A DNA stretch of 44,446 nucleotides from Octopus sinensis (Eukaryota). Position numbers and translations under genes: made by a program. The stretch's first letter is position 1. Each line of letters begins with the position of its first letter. The notes beneath the pieces are model-generated. The model had not been told where the DNA came from, searched no databases, and saw only the letters and a program-made list of their open reading frames with translations. The stretch covers positions 1-44,446 of the forward strand of contig NW_021835048.1 in assembly GCF_006345805.1 (NCBI RefSeq), read 5' to 3'. Below are positions 12,169 through 24,865 of the stretch, piece by piece.

Positions 12169-12349
12169 CATGATAACTGTGACAGCCTTTGTGAGACGCG
12201 TTACGCCACCAAAGAAGGAAGCGGCCCCAATGAGGGCAAAGGCCCCAGGGTCCATCCAATTCCAGTATCCTTCGTCTGTTGACTTGGAGCTGACCAGGAT
12301 GGAGATTAACACACGGCCAATCGTACGGCCATACAATCCACCAATGAAA
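12169..12349 (-). CDS. CLC exon 12 (FIGGLYGR...DPGAFALIGAASFFGGVTRLTKAVTVIM)
   Basis: TTTCAG acceptor, GTAAGG donor, phase 2 to 0. Confidence 0.95.
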
Positions 12350-12364
12350 CTGAAACAGAAAAGG

Positions 12365-12960
12365 CAGTAGTAGTAGAAGTAGTAGTGGTGGTGGTGGTGG
12401 TGGTGGTGGTGGTGGTGGTTGTGGTGCAGGTGGTGGTAGTAGTAGTAGTGGTGGTGGTGGTGGTGGTGGTGGTGGTTGTGGTGCAGGTGGTGGTGGTAGT
12501 AGTAGTGGTGGTGGTGGTGGTGGTAGTAGTGGTGGTGGTAGTGGTAGCAGCAGCAGTAGTGGTGGGGAGTAGTGGTGGTGGTGGTGGTGGTAGTAGTAGT
12601 GGTGGTGGTGGGTGGAGTAGTAGTAATAGTAATGGTGGTAGTGGTAGTGGGAGGAGTAGTAGTAGTAGTAGTGGTGGTTGTGGTGGTAGCAGCAGCAGCA
12701 GTAGTGTTGGGAGTAGTAGTAGTGATGGTAGTAGAAGTAGTAGTGGTGGTAGTGGTGGTTGTGGTGGTAGCTGCAGTAGTGGTGGGGGGTAGTGGTGGTG
12801 GTGCCAAGTGGTGGTGGTGCCAAGTGGTGGTAGTGGTGATGTTAGTGGTGTGATGCTGGTAGTGGTGGTGGTGGTAGTGGTGGTGGTGGTAGTGGTGGCA
12901 AGTGGTAGTGGTGGTGGTGGTGGTGGTGGTGGTGGATGAGAGTGGGAGAAATTGGTGGGA
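12365..12960. repeat. (GGT/AGT)n trinucleotide tract
   Basis: Direct reading. Confidence 0.95.
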
Positions 12961-13280
12961 ATGAGAGAAATTGACATGAGTGGGGAAAACTGAAATGAGT
13001 GAGAGAGATTTATGTGAGTGAGGGAGTTTGATGTGAATAAGAAAGACTGACATAAGTGAAGAGATTGGCTGCTATTTCTAGGTTGCTATTCTCAGCAGAT
13101 GGGTAAGTTAGAATTAATATTTAATAAAAGAAATATTAAATAAATTAACTGCAACTAAATACGAAATACGACGGAACAAATTGACAGAGAGAGAAGTCAG
13201 GTTTAAATATTTGACAGGTCAAACTATTAAACAAAGAATTGGATTAAATATTCAGATAACTGAGATGGAATTAGATTTTT

Positions 13281-13680
13281 AGGAGTGGCTGTGTGGTAAG
13301 TAACTTGCTAACCAACCACATTGTTCCGGGTTCAGTCCCACTGCGTGGCATCTTGGGCAAGTGTCTTCTACTATAGCCCCGGGCCGACCAATGCCTTGTG
13401 AGTGGATTTGGTAGACGGAAACTGAAAGAAGCCTGTCGTATATATGTATATATAAGTGTGTGTGTGTATATGTTTGTGTCTGTGTTTGTCCCCCTAGCAT
13501 TGCTTGACAACTGATGCTGGTGTGTTTACGTCCCCGTCACTTAGCGGTTTGGCAAAAGAGACCGATAGAATAAGTACTGGGCTTACAAAGAATAAGTCCC
13601 GGGGTCGATTTGCTCGAGTAAAGGCGGTGCTCCAGCATGGCTGCAGTCAAATGACTGAAACAAGTAAAGAGTAAAGAGAG
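13281..13680 (+). mobile_element. Full-length tRNA-derived CORE-type SINE; further copies at 2665-2797(-), 7871-8110 plus 10099-10335(+), 15548-16200(+), 19030-19450(+), 19893-20235(+), 33040-33125(+), 35470-35735(+), 39664-40077(+), 41637-42010(-)
   Basis: A-box TGGCTGTGTGG, B-box GGTTCAGTCC, CORE-like CTTGGGCAAGTG, internal (TA)/(TG)n, (GTAAAAGA)n tail. Family name not verified. Confidence 0.85.
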
Positions 13681-13804
13681 AGGGAGAAGTCAGGTTTAAA
13701 TATTTGACAGGTCAAACTATTAAACAATGAATTGTATTAAATATTCAGATAACTGAGATGGAATTAGATATTTTTCAACAGAATTAGCATAATGGTAAAC
13801 TTAC

Positions 13805-13976
13805 AGCATTGGCACTAGGATTCCGGCAGACACAGCTGTTCCAGATGCCCAGCATACCATCAAGAAATAAAATGGTAAGACAGAACAGAGGGAGACGTAA
13901 CCAAACTCGAATGGCGTTTCTCGAGAGAACAAATGTTTGACAGCATCTTCTCCAGTCCAGAACAAAAGGGTTGCAA
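13805..13976 (-). CDS. CLC exon 11 (VATLLFWTGEDAVKHLFSR...AGILVPML)
   Basis: CTCCAG acceptor, GTAAGT donor, phase 1 to 2. Confidence 0.94.
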
Positions 13977-14272
13977 CTGGAGAGGGTAAAAGAGTAAAAG
14001 AGACAAAAAAGAAAAAGATGGAAAATGGTAAACAATAATGTCTCAGTCTGCTGAGATGATTTGAAAATACAAAAACACAACATCTGACGGAATAAACTGT
14101 CGGTTTTCCAAATAGCAAATGAAAACTTAAAAAAAGAGAAAGTGAGAGACTTTGCAAATGAGAATCGAATACTCTGTAGTGAATGCAAGGAATATTTAAA
14201 TTTGTGAAAAATTGGAGTAAAAAAGAATCAAGAAAATTTGAGAAATTAAAATTATAAAAAATTTCTTTGAAC

Positions 14273-14922
14273 ATCATCATCATTTAGTGTCCGTTTTCCA
14301 TGCTAGCATGGGTTAGACGGTGCAACTGGGGTCTGGGAAGCCAGAAGGCTGCATCAGGCCCAGTCTGATCTGGCAGTGTTTCTACGGCTGGATGCCCTTC
14401 CTAACGACAACCACTCCACGGGTGTAGTGGGTGCTTTTTACGTACCACCCGCACAGGTGCCAGACGGAGCTGGCAAACGGCCACGAACGGATGGTGCTTT
14501 TTACATGCCACCGGCACGGGGGCCAGGCGAGGCTGGCAACGGACACGAACGGATGATGCTTTTACGTGCCACCGGCACGGAGGCCAGTCGGGGTGGCACT
14601 GGCAACGGCCACGAATGGATGGTGCTTTTTACATGCCACCGGCACAGGGGCCAGGCGAGGCTGGCAACGGACACGAACGGATGATGCTTTTACGTGCCAC
14701 CGGCACAGAGGCCAGTCGGGGTGGCACTGGCAACGGCCACGAACGGATGGTGCTTTTTACGTGCCACCGGCACGGGGGCCAGGCGAGGCTGGCAACGGAC
14801 ACGAACGGATGATGCTTTTACGTGCCACCGGCACGGAGGCCAGTCGGGGTGGCACTGGCAACGGCCACGAACGGATGGTGCTTTTTACGTGCCACCGGCA
14901 CAGGGCCAGGCAAGGCTGGCAA
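14273..14922 (-). mobile_element. Same family; further copies at ~2800-3040(+), 7360-7700(-), 10981-11340(-), 11466-11930(-), 21860-22305(+), 27921-28615(-), 29824-30175(+), 33150-33478(+), 42522-42725(-)
   Basis: Shared conserved block and tail; boundaries approximate. Confidence 0.75.
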
Positions 14923-15258
14923 CATGAATTTATAAAAATATTTTTCCTGTTTTTTCACTTAATTTTTGAGAGCAATCAGGTTCATTTTTAGTATTCTCAT
15001 TTGTGAGAGCAATCGAGTTTATTTCATATATTCTCATTTTAAAAATCATCTCTGGCTAATCGTTGAGAGGACGTTGGTGCTACCTTGGCAGAGGCTTGCA
15101 CTCTGTGAGTGCTCTTATTATTATTATTATTATTATAATGAAGAGGAGGAAGAAGAAGATGCAAGGTGAGTGGGACGAAGAGGAAAAGAGGAGGAGGAGG
15201 AGGCAGAGTTGGATTTAAAAGGAAAAACAAAAACAAAAAACAAAACATACATGCTGAC

Positions 15259-15389
15259 CTTCGTTATATGTCTCGTTGGTGTAGTAGGTCGTGTTTGAGA
15301 CACTCCATGACGAACCACGAGGACAATGGTACCGAGCTACAGATGACTCAACGTGGGTGTCAGTTCTGGAATCATTCTTGCAGCTGTAT
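15259..15389 (-). CDS. CLC exon 10 (YSCKNDSRTD...NTTYYTNETYNE), Cys-containing luminal loop with NxS/T sequons
   Basis: TTCAG acceptor. The G|GTCAGC donor gives phase 1, which is needed to form V-A-T with exon 11. Confidence 0.85.
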
Positions 15390-15870
15390 CTGAAGAAAAA
15401 TAAAAATTAAAATATTAGCAAGGTGTGGGGAGGTGGGGTTAGGGGGGAAGAGGCGGGGGAGGTCAACACAGGTAGACAATGGATAGACACACAGACAGAC
15501 AGATACAAATAAGACAGTCCCCTGTAGAGTCAGATCACACACACATAGGCGCAGGAGTGGCTGTGTGGTAAGTAGCCTGTTTACCAACCACATGGATCTG
15601 GGTTCAGCCCCACTGCGTGGAACCTTGGGCAAGTGTCTTCTGCTATAGCCCCGGGCCGACCAAAGCCTTGTGAGTGGATTTGGTAAACGGAAACTGAAAG
15701 AAGCCTGTCGTATATAATATATATATATATATAGGTAAACAATAAAAATAATTACAGACATGGACAAGAACATGAAACACCACAGAGACGACACAAGAAC
15801 CATAGGACGGGACATTCGAAGCCCTCAGTCATCAGTCAAGAACCAGATCATCTTAGCAATTTCGGCTGAT

Positions 15871-15902
<32 letters not shown>

Positions 15903-16535
15903 TATGAGTGTGTGTGTGTATATGTTTGTGTGTCTGTGTTTGTCCCCCTAGCATTGCTTGACAACTGATGCTGGCGTGTTTACGTCCTCGTCACTTAGCG
16001 GTTCGGCAAAAGAAATCGATAGAATGCGTACTGGGCTTACAAAGAATAAGTCCCAGGGTCGATTTGCTCGACTAAAGGCAGTGCTCCAGCATGGCCGCAG
16101 TCAAATGACTGAAACAAGTAAAAGAGTAAAAGAGTAAGGTGATGCTCCAGCATGGCCGCAGTCAAATGACTGAAACAAGTAAAAGAGTAAAAGAGTTTAA
16201 AGAGTAAAAGAGAGAGTACATGCACAGAGGCTGCTAGACTCATACACAAACATAGCGATAGAAATAGACACACATTCACATACACACAAACGCATACATA
16301 AATTTCTAAACTCACAGACACTGAAAGACACAAACACAAGTTCACTGCCACCAATTCACCACAAAGAAAAGTTTACCGAGAAAATATAGCCAGGATTTTG
16401 TGTCTGGGGAGGGTCATATTGCTTTAATATGTTTAACACACACACTGATTCAATTTCCACTCATTTAACTATTTTGTTGGTCTTACATTGTTTTTGCAAC
16501 CTTATCAATAGATATCAACTCTGTCCGTTTGTATG

Positions 16536-16567
<32 letters not shown>

Positions 16568-16570
<3 letters not shown>

Positions 16571-17065
16571 TCATCATCATCGTTTAACGTCCGTTTTCCG
16601 TGCTAGCACATGTTGGACGGTTCGACCGGTGTCTGGTAAGCTATGGAGGCTGCACCAGGCTCCAGTCTGATCTGGCAGTGTTTCTACAGCTGGATGCTCT
16701 TCCTAACGCCAACCACTCTGTGAGTGTAGTAGGTGCTTTTACGTGACACCGGCACAGGTGCCAGACGGGACTGCTAACGGCCACGATCGGTTGGTGCTTT
16801 TTACGTGCCACTGACACGGACACCAGTCAGGCGACGCTAGTAACTGCTAGACTCGAATGGTGCTTTTACACGTCACCAGCACTGGTGTCTTAGCTACAAT
16901 TCCCATTCGAATTTTTGATGTTGACGAACTTGACTCAGTAGGTCTCCTCAAGAACAGCGGGTCACTCTACGATCCAAGGTCAGCGCAGCAGGCCGTCCTG
17001 CGAGCCATGAACTCACTTCATTTGTCGGGTCTTCGAAGTCACAGCATATCTCCAGAGGTCTCGGA
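16568..17065 (-). mobile_element. RTE-like LINE 3' end (ORF-end remnant, 3'UTR, (GAT)n tail); type example of the most abundant repeat here
   Basis: Shared block GGAGTGGTTGGCGTTAGGAAGGGCATCCAGCTGTAGAAAC and tail CCATGCTAGCATGGAAA..GATGATGAT. Confidence 0.65.
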
Positions 17066-17177
17066 CGGAGAGAAGATGATGACGATGATGATGATGATGA
17101 TGATAGTGGTTTTAAAAGGTGACAAAAGAAAATTGTTTCAGGTGAGAGGATGCAATGTGAGTGGCAGAAAGACTTAC

Positions 17178-17266
17178 CTGATGTTGCTCGGCTGACCTTC
17201 TGCACAGGTAAATTGGCTGCAGGAAAAGAGGGCAGGTGCAAATAGGCAGACAGTTGTCATCACTAA
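17178..17266 (-). CDS. CLC exon 9 (LVMTTVCLFAPALFSCSQFTCAEGQPSNI)
   Basis: TTTCAG acceptor, GTAAGT donor, phase 0 to 2. Confidence 0.87.
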
Positions 17267-17454
17267 CTGAAACAGAAATAGCAGCATGTTAAATAATGAT
17301 GATGATGATGATGAGGATGATGGTGATGGTTATGATGAGGATGATGATGATGATGATGGTGGTGGTGATGATGATGGTGGTGGTGGTGGTGGTGGTTGCA
17401 GTTGTGGTGGTGGTGATGTGTGTGTGTGTGTGTGTGTGACAGCACCATTATCAT

Positions 17455-18055
17455 TGCTGTTTAATGTCCGTTACCCATGCTGGCATGGGTTGGACAGTTT
17501 GACACAGATGGATAGCAAGAAGCTGTCCAGACTCCAATTCTCTGTTTTGCCATGGGTTCTACAGCTGGATGCCCTTTCTAACGCCAACCACTTTACAGAG
17601 TGTACTGGTTGCTTTTACATGCCACCGGCACAGGTGCTTTTTAAGTGGCACCGGCACAGGTGCTTTTTAAGTGGCACCGGCACAGGTGCTTTTTAAGTGG
17701 CACCGGCACAGGTGCTTTTTACATGCACCGGCACAGGTGCTTTTTAAGTGGCACCGGCACAGGTGCTTTTTACATGCCACCGGCACAGGTGCTTTTTAAG
17801 TGGCACCAGCACAGGTGCTTTTTACATGTCACCGGCACAGGTGCTTTTTAAGTGGCACCGGCACAGGTGCTTTTTAAGTGGCACCGGCCCCTGTAAGGGA
17901 CAAGCCAGTATGTATGGATGGCAGTGATTTTATTTAGCTTGACAGTGTCTTCTCATGTATAGCAAATCACCACAGCTCCCAGCCCCCTTGTCATTTCCTC
18001 AATGAGGCCCAGCATCCCAAAATCCTTTCTCACCACTTCGTCCCACATCTTCCAG
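17455..18055 (-). mobile_element. Same RTE-like family, with a 26-27-nt internal tandem array
   Basis: WDEVVRKDFGMLGL ORF-end remnant at 17925-18055 followed by the family 3'UTR. Confidence 0.65.
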
Positions 18056-19194
18056 AGGATATATATATATATATGTATGTATAATGTATATGTGTATAAT
18101 GTGTATATATATATATAATATATATATATAGGATAAATGTAAAAAAAACACAAACTGGACAAGAACGCAAAACATCTAGAAGACGATACAAAAAATACGG
18201 ACGGGACATTCAAAGCCTTCAATCTTCAGTTCAGAACCGGATCATCCTCGCAATTTCAGCTGATTAATCTTGAGATTGCTCCGACCTGGCCAGCCCCAAA
18301 GGAAAATCTAAGCCAAGCGCATTAGATTCCTTGGAAGAAAGCCTCGAATGTATACAAAACAAGGACAGGAACGAATAAGAATACTAAAATACGTAAAATT
18401 AATAATGATAACACGAATACGAGCAAAACGTCCCCCGTCCAATGGATGGTGCTGAGTTGTCAAACATTTAAACCAAATTTTCTCAAAACAACTTGTCCAA
18501 CCGTCCCATAGGCCTCCCCTTTGAGAAACACTGATTTAACCTAAATTTGAGACACCAGCAAAAGAAAAAATAAAGATAGACTTTTTTTTATTCCAAAGAA
18601 AAACTATTTTGCAAATGCACGTTCCCACGGCTTTATCGATCGCATTCTCACCTGGAATCAATTTTTGTAACTTTTTCAAGACTTATACACGCCCTGATAC
18701 TGTCGGTATCTACATATCAAATTGAAGTGCAATTGGATGGAGGATGCCCAAGATCCTAGGAGACACACACACACACACACACAGACATATATATATATAT
18801 ATTTACTGGGTGCAGTGGTATTTAAGGGCACATGCATTTTTATTCATTATTTTATTTGACTAATTTTTATTGAAATTCTATTTCAGAAAAAAACAATGAC
18901 AGGCCCTATGCTTACTAATGAAATGAAAAGGCTTTGAAGGGTTAAGCATAAGGATTTAGAAATTCCCTGTTTTCTGAAAGTTGCAAGATCTTTTGTCCAC
19001 AAGATTCAGTGCAAGTTAGTAGCAGAGTTAGGCGCAGGAGTGGCTGTGTGGTAAGTAGCTTGCTAACCAACCACATGGTTCCGGGTTCAGTCCCACTGCA
19101 TGGCACCTTGGGTAAGTGTCTTCTGCTATAGCCCCGGGCCGACCAATGCCTTGTGAGATGGATTCGGTAGACGGAAACTGAAAGAAGCCTGTCG

Positions 19195-19227
<33 letters not shown>

Positions 19228-19613
19228 GATATGTATGTGTGTGTGTTTGTGTGTCTGTGTTTGTCCCCCTAGCATTGCTCACAACTGATGCTGGTGTGTT
19301 ACGTCCCCGTAACTTAGCGGTCGGCAAAGAGACCGAAAGAATAAGTACTGGGCTTACAAAGAATAAGTCCCGGGGTCGATTTGCTCGACTAAAGGCGGTG
19401 CTCCAGCATGGCCGCAGTCAAATGACTGAAACAAGTAAAAGAGTAAAGAGTAAAAGAGAGTTAGGTAAAAAAAAAAAAACACACACACACACAAAATGCT
19501 AAGATTGATTTGTTTGACAAAAATCCTTCAAGGTGATGCCCCAGCATGGCCACGGTCCAATGATTGAAACAAGTAAAAGACAGAAAAACCAAAGAATAAA
19601 TAAAGATACTCAC

Positions 19614-19805
19614 CATCAGAAATGCTGGTTCGAGGACTTTCACAATTTTGGCCGTGAACTTTTTCATGTGTCCCAGGACCCTCTTCCGGGTCCGAGTGAG
19701 TTTGAGGGAGATGAATGTGAACAGTGCTCCCAACATGCCCCCAATCACTCCGATGACCAGCGTTGGTAGGAACATCAGGATGTTCACGTTTATGCCGTAT
19801 GCAAT
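19614..19805 (-). CDS. CLC exon 8 (IAYGINVNILMFLP...EPAFLM)
   Basis: CTCAG acceptor, GTGAGT donor, phase 0 to 0. Confidence 0.93.
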
Positions 19806-22304
19806 CTGAGAGGCGACGGGAAGCAGGGGGCAGAGACGAAGAATCGGAAAAAGAAGAGAAATGGAAGAAAAAAAAAAAAGATTAATGTAATGGGTGCAGG
19901 CGTGGCTGTGCGGTAAGAAACTTGCTTCCCAACCACATGGTTCCGGGTTCAGTCCCACTGTGTGGCACCTTAGGCGAGTGTCTTCTACTAGAGCTCTGGG
20001 GTGACCAAAGCCTTGTGAGTGGATTTGGTAGACGGAAACTGAAAAGAAGCCCATCGTATATATGTGTGTGTGTGTGTTTATACAGCTGTGAGGTAAGAAG
20101 CTTGCTTTGCAATCACATAGTTCCGAGTTCAGTCCCACTGCATGACACCTTGGGCAGGTGTCTTCTACTATAGTCTCAGGCCAACCAAAGCCTTGAGAGT
20201 GGATTTGGTAGATGGAAACTGAAAGAAGCTTGTCATATATATATATATATATACGTATACAAAAACTTTATAATTATGAGTATAATTATAATTAGGGTTC
20301 TGCAAAAATTGCTTCACCACATACCAAAATTTTTGCTAAACCCTAATTATAATTATGCTTATAATTATAGAATTTTTGTATAAGGTTACCAATAATGGTT
20401 CTTTTAACATACCAAACTACTTGGTAAAATTATTAATTATTAATTGATTAATTAATTTTACCCTTTATCATTATCATATATATATATTATATATTAATAA
20501 ATAAAATAAAACATATGCATATATATAAACATATATGTACGTACCTACCTCTACATGTACATATACACGCATATGAGTACAGGACACCAAAAAGACGTCG
20601 AACACAATGAGAAACGAAAACATAGACACAAACCAAAGGAACTGGACATTTTTTTAAAAACAGCAAAAAAATAGAGTACAGGACAATTAACACAAAGAAA
20701 AACCCCTTCTCAGTCGCTAAAGGTTTCATCTACTCTACGTTTCGAAGGATAAAAGCGAGACGTATCTTCGACAAGAAACTTTCCTTCCTGCGAAAAGCAA
20801 ATGAAAATATATATAGATATATATATATATATAATATATATATATATATAAATATAAATACATATATATATATATTTGTGTATTAAGGGTACCATTTGCT
20901 TTATGTCAAGAAAAATATCTTAATATCTTAATTTTTCAAGTCAATCACATGGAGGAATAGTGGTCATCTCCATGGTAGCCTTAATACACAAATAATTAAA
21001 AAATCTATCCACCAATGTGGTATTGAGCACTCATTCTCATTGTTCGACATTTACATGTGTGTGTGTATGTATCAAAATATAAGTTATAATAACAATAAAT
21101 TAATATATTATGATGAAATTGAAATCATAACAAACATTTATGCTACCCAGTGTAGACTCAGACAATTAGAGACATCTCAAATGGTTACCAGCAAAAAAAT
21201 CTACATCTACGAGCTATATTTTTTCTATGCCTACAGCAACAACGTGGATCAGACAACAAACCATATTTTTTACAGTTTCATTTAGACATCAACAAAAAAG
21301 ATAGCATGCAAATAATGGAAAGAGTGGTTGTTCACTAAGTTTCTGGTCATTAAGTGTCAGCTAAGGTGCCATAAGCAGATTTGTGCAGAACATGATGTAT
21401 ATATACAAGCTTAAAAGCTGCACTCTGTGAGTTCTTTAAGCAAGCTCCAGCAGAGGGCTGATTGGGCCTGTAGCCCAAAAGTACAGAGAGCAATAATAAT
21501 AGAAGCATTTGTTGGTACTCTGCTAATATGGTGTTACATTAAATTCAGTAACTTTTAGATTTACAATGTTCTTGAGTTCTTTTAAAATTCTGAATTTCAA
21601 CTGTTAGGATGTAACAATTCCTCATCCAGATCTGATCCCAATGCTGGATATTCAAGATCGAAATGAAGGGCAGATTTTCAATCACGGGATCGTCCTGATT
21701 CCGAAAAGGTACAATATGCTAATGTAGAGCAAATGTACACTGAGAGAGAGGGGTCTCGGACAGACAGAATTCCACATTTATTATTATATATACATACATA
21801 TATATGTGTGTGTGTGGGTATATATATGTATATATATATATAATTTGATGACTAGCATCTGTGCTAGTGGAGTGCTAAGAGCACCATCCGAGCGTGATCG
21901 TTGCCAGAGCAGCTGTCTGGCTTCTGTGCCAGTGGAACGTAAAAAGCACCATTCAAGCATGATCATTACCAGCGTCGCCTTACTGGCATTTGTGCCAGTG
22001 GCACATGGAAAAACATTCAAGCAAAGTTGTTGCCAGTTCTGCTGGACTGGTTCCTGTACAGGTGGCACGTAAAAAACACCATTTGAGTGTGGCCGTTGCC
22101 AGGACCACCTGACCGGCCCTCATGACGGTTGCACGTAAAAAGCACCCACTACACTCTCGGAGTGGTTGGCTTTAGGAAGGGCATCCAGCTGTAGAAACTC
22201 TGCCAGATCAGATTGGAGTCTGGTGCAGCCTTCTGGCTTCGTGAGTCCTCAGTCAAACCGTCCAACCCAGGCTAGCATGGAAAGGTGACATTAAAAGATG
22301 ATGA

Positions 22305-22368
<64 letters not shown>

Positions 22369-22529
22369 ATATATATATATGTATATATATATGTATATAT
22401 ACATGTATGTATATGTTATATGTATATATATATGTATATATACATATATTATATATTATATATGTATATAATAATGTATATATACATATATATATATGTA
22501 TATATGTATATATATATATGTATATATAC

Positions 22530-22560
<31 letters not shown>

Positions 22561-22747
22561 TATGTATGTATATATACATATATAAATATACACACATATG
22601 CAAAACCCCTCTGACATCACTAGCAATGGAACAGCCTCCTGCATACATCTGTAAGCTTCAATGCATCTGTGTTGGGTCATAGAAATAGCAGAAAGCAGAA
22701 ATGCTGATGCGAAACGAAAGCCACCGAGACAGAAAGCTGTAACTCAC

Positions 22748-22991
22748 ACTGAAGAGAATGTACCTTTCCTTCTTAAAGTACCCAAAATCTCCAGTATAGG
22801 TGAACCGGGTGAGCGCCGAGTTGAAGAGGTCCGTGGTGAACGTGGACACCATGCAACAGAAAAAGATCTGCCAAGACAGCGTCGTCGTCCAGAATGATGA
22901 CACTTCTTCCATGGAAAAGAGCAGGCCACCGACTGGAGCGCCGAATGCGGAAGCAACTCCAGCCGCGGCACCAGCAGATATGAAGTTCCTC
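22748..22991 (-). CDS. CLC exon 7 ([34 protein letters not shown]...ERYILFS)
   Basis: Strong polypyrimidine-CAG acceptor, GTGAGT donor, proton-glutamate motif; phase 2 to 0. Confidence 0.96.
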
Positions 22992-23160
22992 CTGGAAAGA
23001 GAGAAAGAGAGATTAGTGAAGGTCAATATTGATATATTGTTAAGAGTTCTACAATGAAGAAAATTGCAGAAATATAATTGAGAAGATGACATACATCAAT
23101 AAACATATAAATACATGAGTTTTAGTAACGTATATATATATGCGTATATATATATGTATG

Positions 23161-23207
<47 letters not shown>

Positions 23208-23269
23208 GTATGTAATATATATATATGTATGTATATTAATATATATATATATATATATGTATGTATATG

Positions 23270-23318
<49 letters not shown>

Positions 23319-23425
23319 AAACTCAACTTGTGTGTCTGTGTATGTATGTGAATAAGGAGTGTGTATGCATGTGTACATGTATATGAGTGTATGTGTGTGC
23401 ATGCATGTGATTAAGGAGTGTGCAT

Positions 23426-23460
<35 letters not shown>

Positions 23461-23523
23461 TGTGAATAAGGTGTGTGTTTGTGTGTGTGAGTTCAAGATA
23501 AAGAACAACAAAGAGACCCATAC

Positions 23524-23595
23524 TTATCTTCAGGGTTGTGAAACTGACTGCAAATCCTGATGTTGTACTGGCTGAGAGTGGCCCCTACCAGAGCC
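23524..23595 (-). CDS. CLC exon 6 (ALVGATLSQYNIRICSQFHNPEDK)
   Basis: TGTAG acceptor, GTATGG donor, 72 nt phase 2 to 2; bridges MIHLG to RNFISAG. Not in the ORF track. Confidence 0.87.
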
Positions 23596-23896
23596 CTACA
23601 TTAAAAAAGAACAACAACAACAACAGCAGATTAACAGTGATGAAAATAAGAAACGGGGATTGACTGAGGGAGTCAGGTGGGCTCCGTTCAGTAACAACAA
23701 ACAACAATACAACCCACTCCCTGCATATAACAACTAACCCCTCTTTGGGCCCTTTGTCTGTTTTGGCATGGTGTCTACAACTGGATGCCCTTCCTAATGT
23801 CAACCACTTTACAGAGGGTACTGGATGCTTTTCTTGAGGCACGAGCCCCAGTAGGGAGCACCAAGTAACTTGCAAGAAAAAGACGCCCTCATCCCC

Positions 23897-24210
23897 AGAG
23901 GCACAATGGCCCAGTGGTTAGGGCAGCAGACTTGCGGTCGGAGGATCGTGGTTTCAATTCCCAGACCAGGCAGTGTGTGTGTTTATTGAACGAAAACACC
24001 TAAAAGCTCCACGAGGCTCCGGCAGGGGTGGTAGTGACCCCTGTTATACAATTTCGCCACAACTTTCTCTCACTCTTTCTTCCTGTTTCTTGAGTAACGC
24101 TGCGATGGACTGGCGTCCCGTCCAGCTGGGGGAACAAATACGCCACAGAAACTGTGAAACCGGGCCCATAAGCCTGGCTAGGCTTGAAAAGGGTGATGTT
24201 TATCGTTATG
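23897..24210 (+). mobile_element. Second tRNA-derived SINE family; related copy at 35769-36147(-)
   Basis: Head GGC(A/G)CAATGGCCCAGTGGTTAGGGC..GGTTTC(A/G)ATTCCC shared between the two copies. Confidence 0.75.
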
Positions 24211-24583
24211 ATCAGGTGAGAGAGAAGTGAGCAAGAGCAGACTGAGCCGTTGGTCAATTAGGCACTGCCCGAGGACCTGGAGCTCTGAGGGGTCCACACT
24301 CTACATGTTAACTTCACTAAAACACATTCAAAGGAACCCAGTGGTAAACAGTTATGCCCGAGGGCCCTTAATACTCTCAGTCCGCCTCTGGATGTAGGAG
24401 TGGATCGGGCATGGGGTGATGTTTAGACATGTGTGGGTACCTGGAATGATTGTAGAAAAAAAGGGATGTTAAGGGTGGATAAAACAAATATTCTGTTGAA
24501 GTTGATTGTAAAAGCAATTAGAAATTTTTGGGGGAACCAACTGTCCAAAACTGCTAGAAGTGTTGCCCCTCAAAAAAACTTAC

Positions 24584-24759
24584 CCTAAATGAATCATGGG
24601 TCCCTCGGGACCAACTGGCATGTTACAGCCAACAGCACAAACGCAGGAGATGAACTTGACAATCATTGTTTTCAAGCTGAACATCTTCGGAATATGGGTT
24701 CCATTAAGAAATCCGGTTACTTCTGGAATTCCTGAGCCTCCAGCACTTGGACAAAGGAA
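24584..24759 (-). CDS. CLC exon 5 (FLCPSAGGSGIPE...GPEGPMIHLG)
   Basis: Selectivity-filter GSGIP and gating-glutamate motifs; AAG acceptor, GTAAGT donor; phase 0 to 2. Confidence 0.95.
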
Positions 24760-24865
24760 CTTTTTTGGGGGGTGGAGCGCAAGAGTGAAAAAATAATTCA
24801 ATATGAGAAAGAGGTATGTCAGCAAGAAAGCAGAAAATACAATCCATACACAGACACATACACCC

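Noticed and set aside
12056-13053. Poly-Pro/Thr/His/Val ORFs
   Set aside because: Trinucleotide tract; only 12169-12349 is coding.
14376-14991. ORFs such as MVLFTCHRH/GAFYVPPA here and at 11521-12081, 25185-25953, 34211-35028
   Set aside because: Produced by the ~60-nt internal repeat of the LINE-tail family; open in several frames.
15246-15251. Alternative GTATGT donor for exon 10
   Set aside because: Gives phase 0, incompatible with the phase 1 start of exon 11.
15805-15845. CTGATGA..GAA hammerhead-like motif on the minus strand (related sequence at 18200-18240)
   Set aside because: I could not build convincing stems I and II.
20735-20790. CGAAACGT-containing Penelope-like remnant
   Set aside because: No recognisable CUGANGA core; too degenerate to call.
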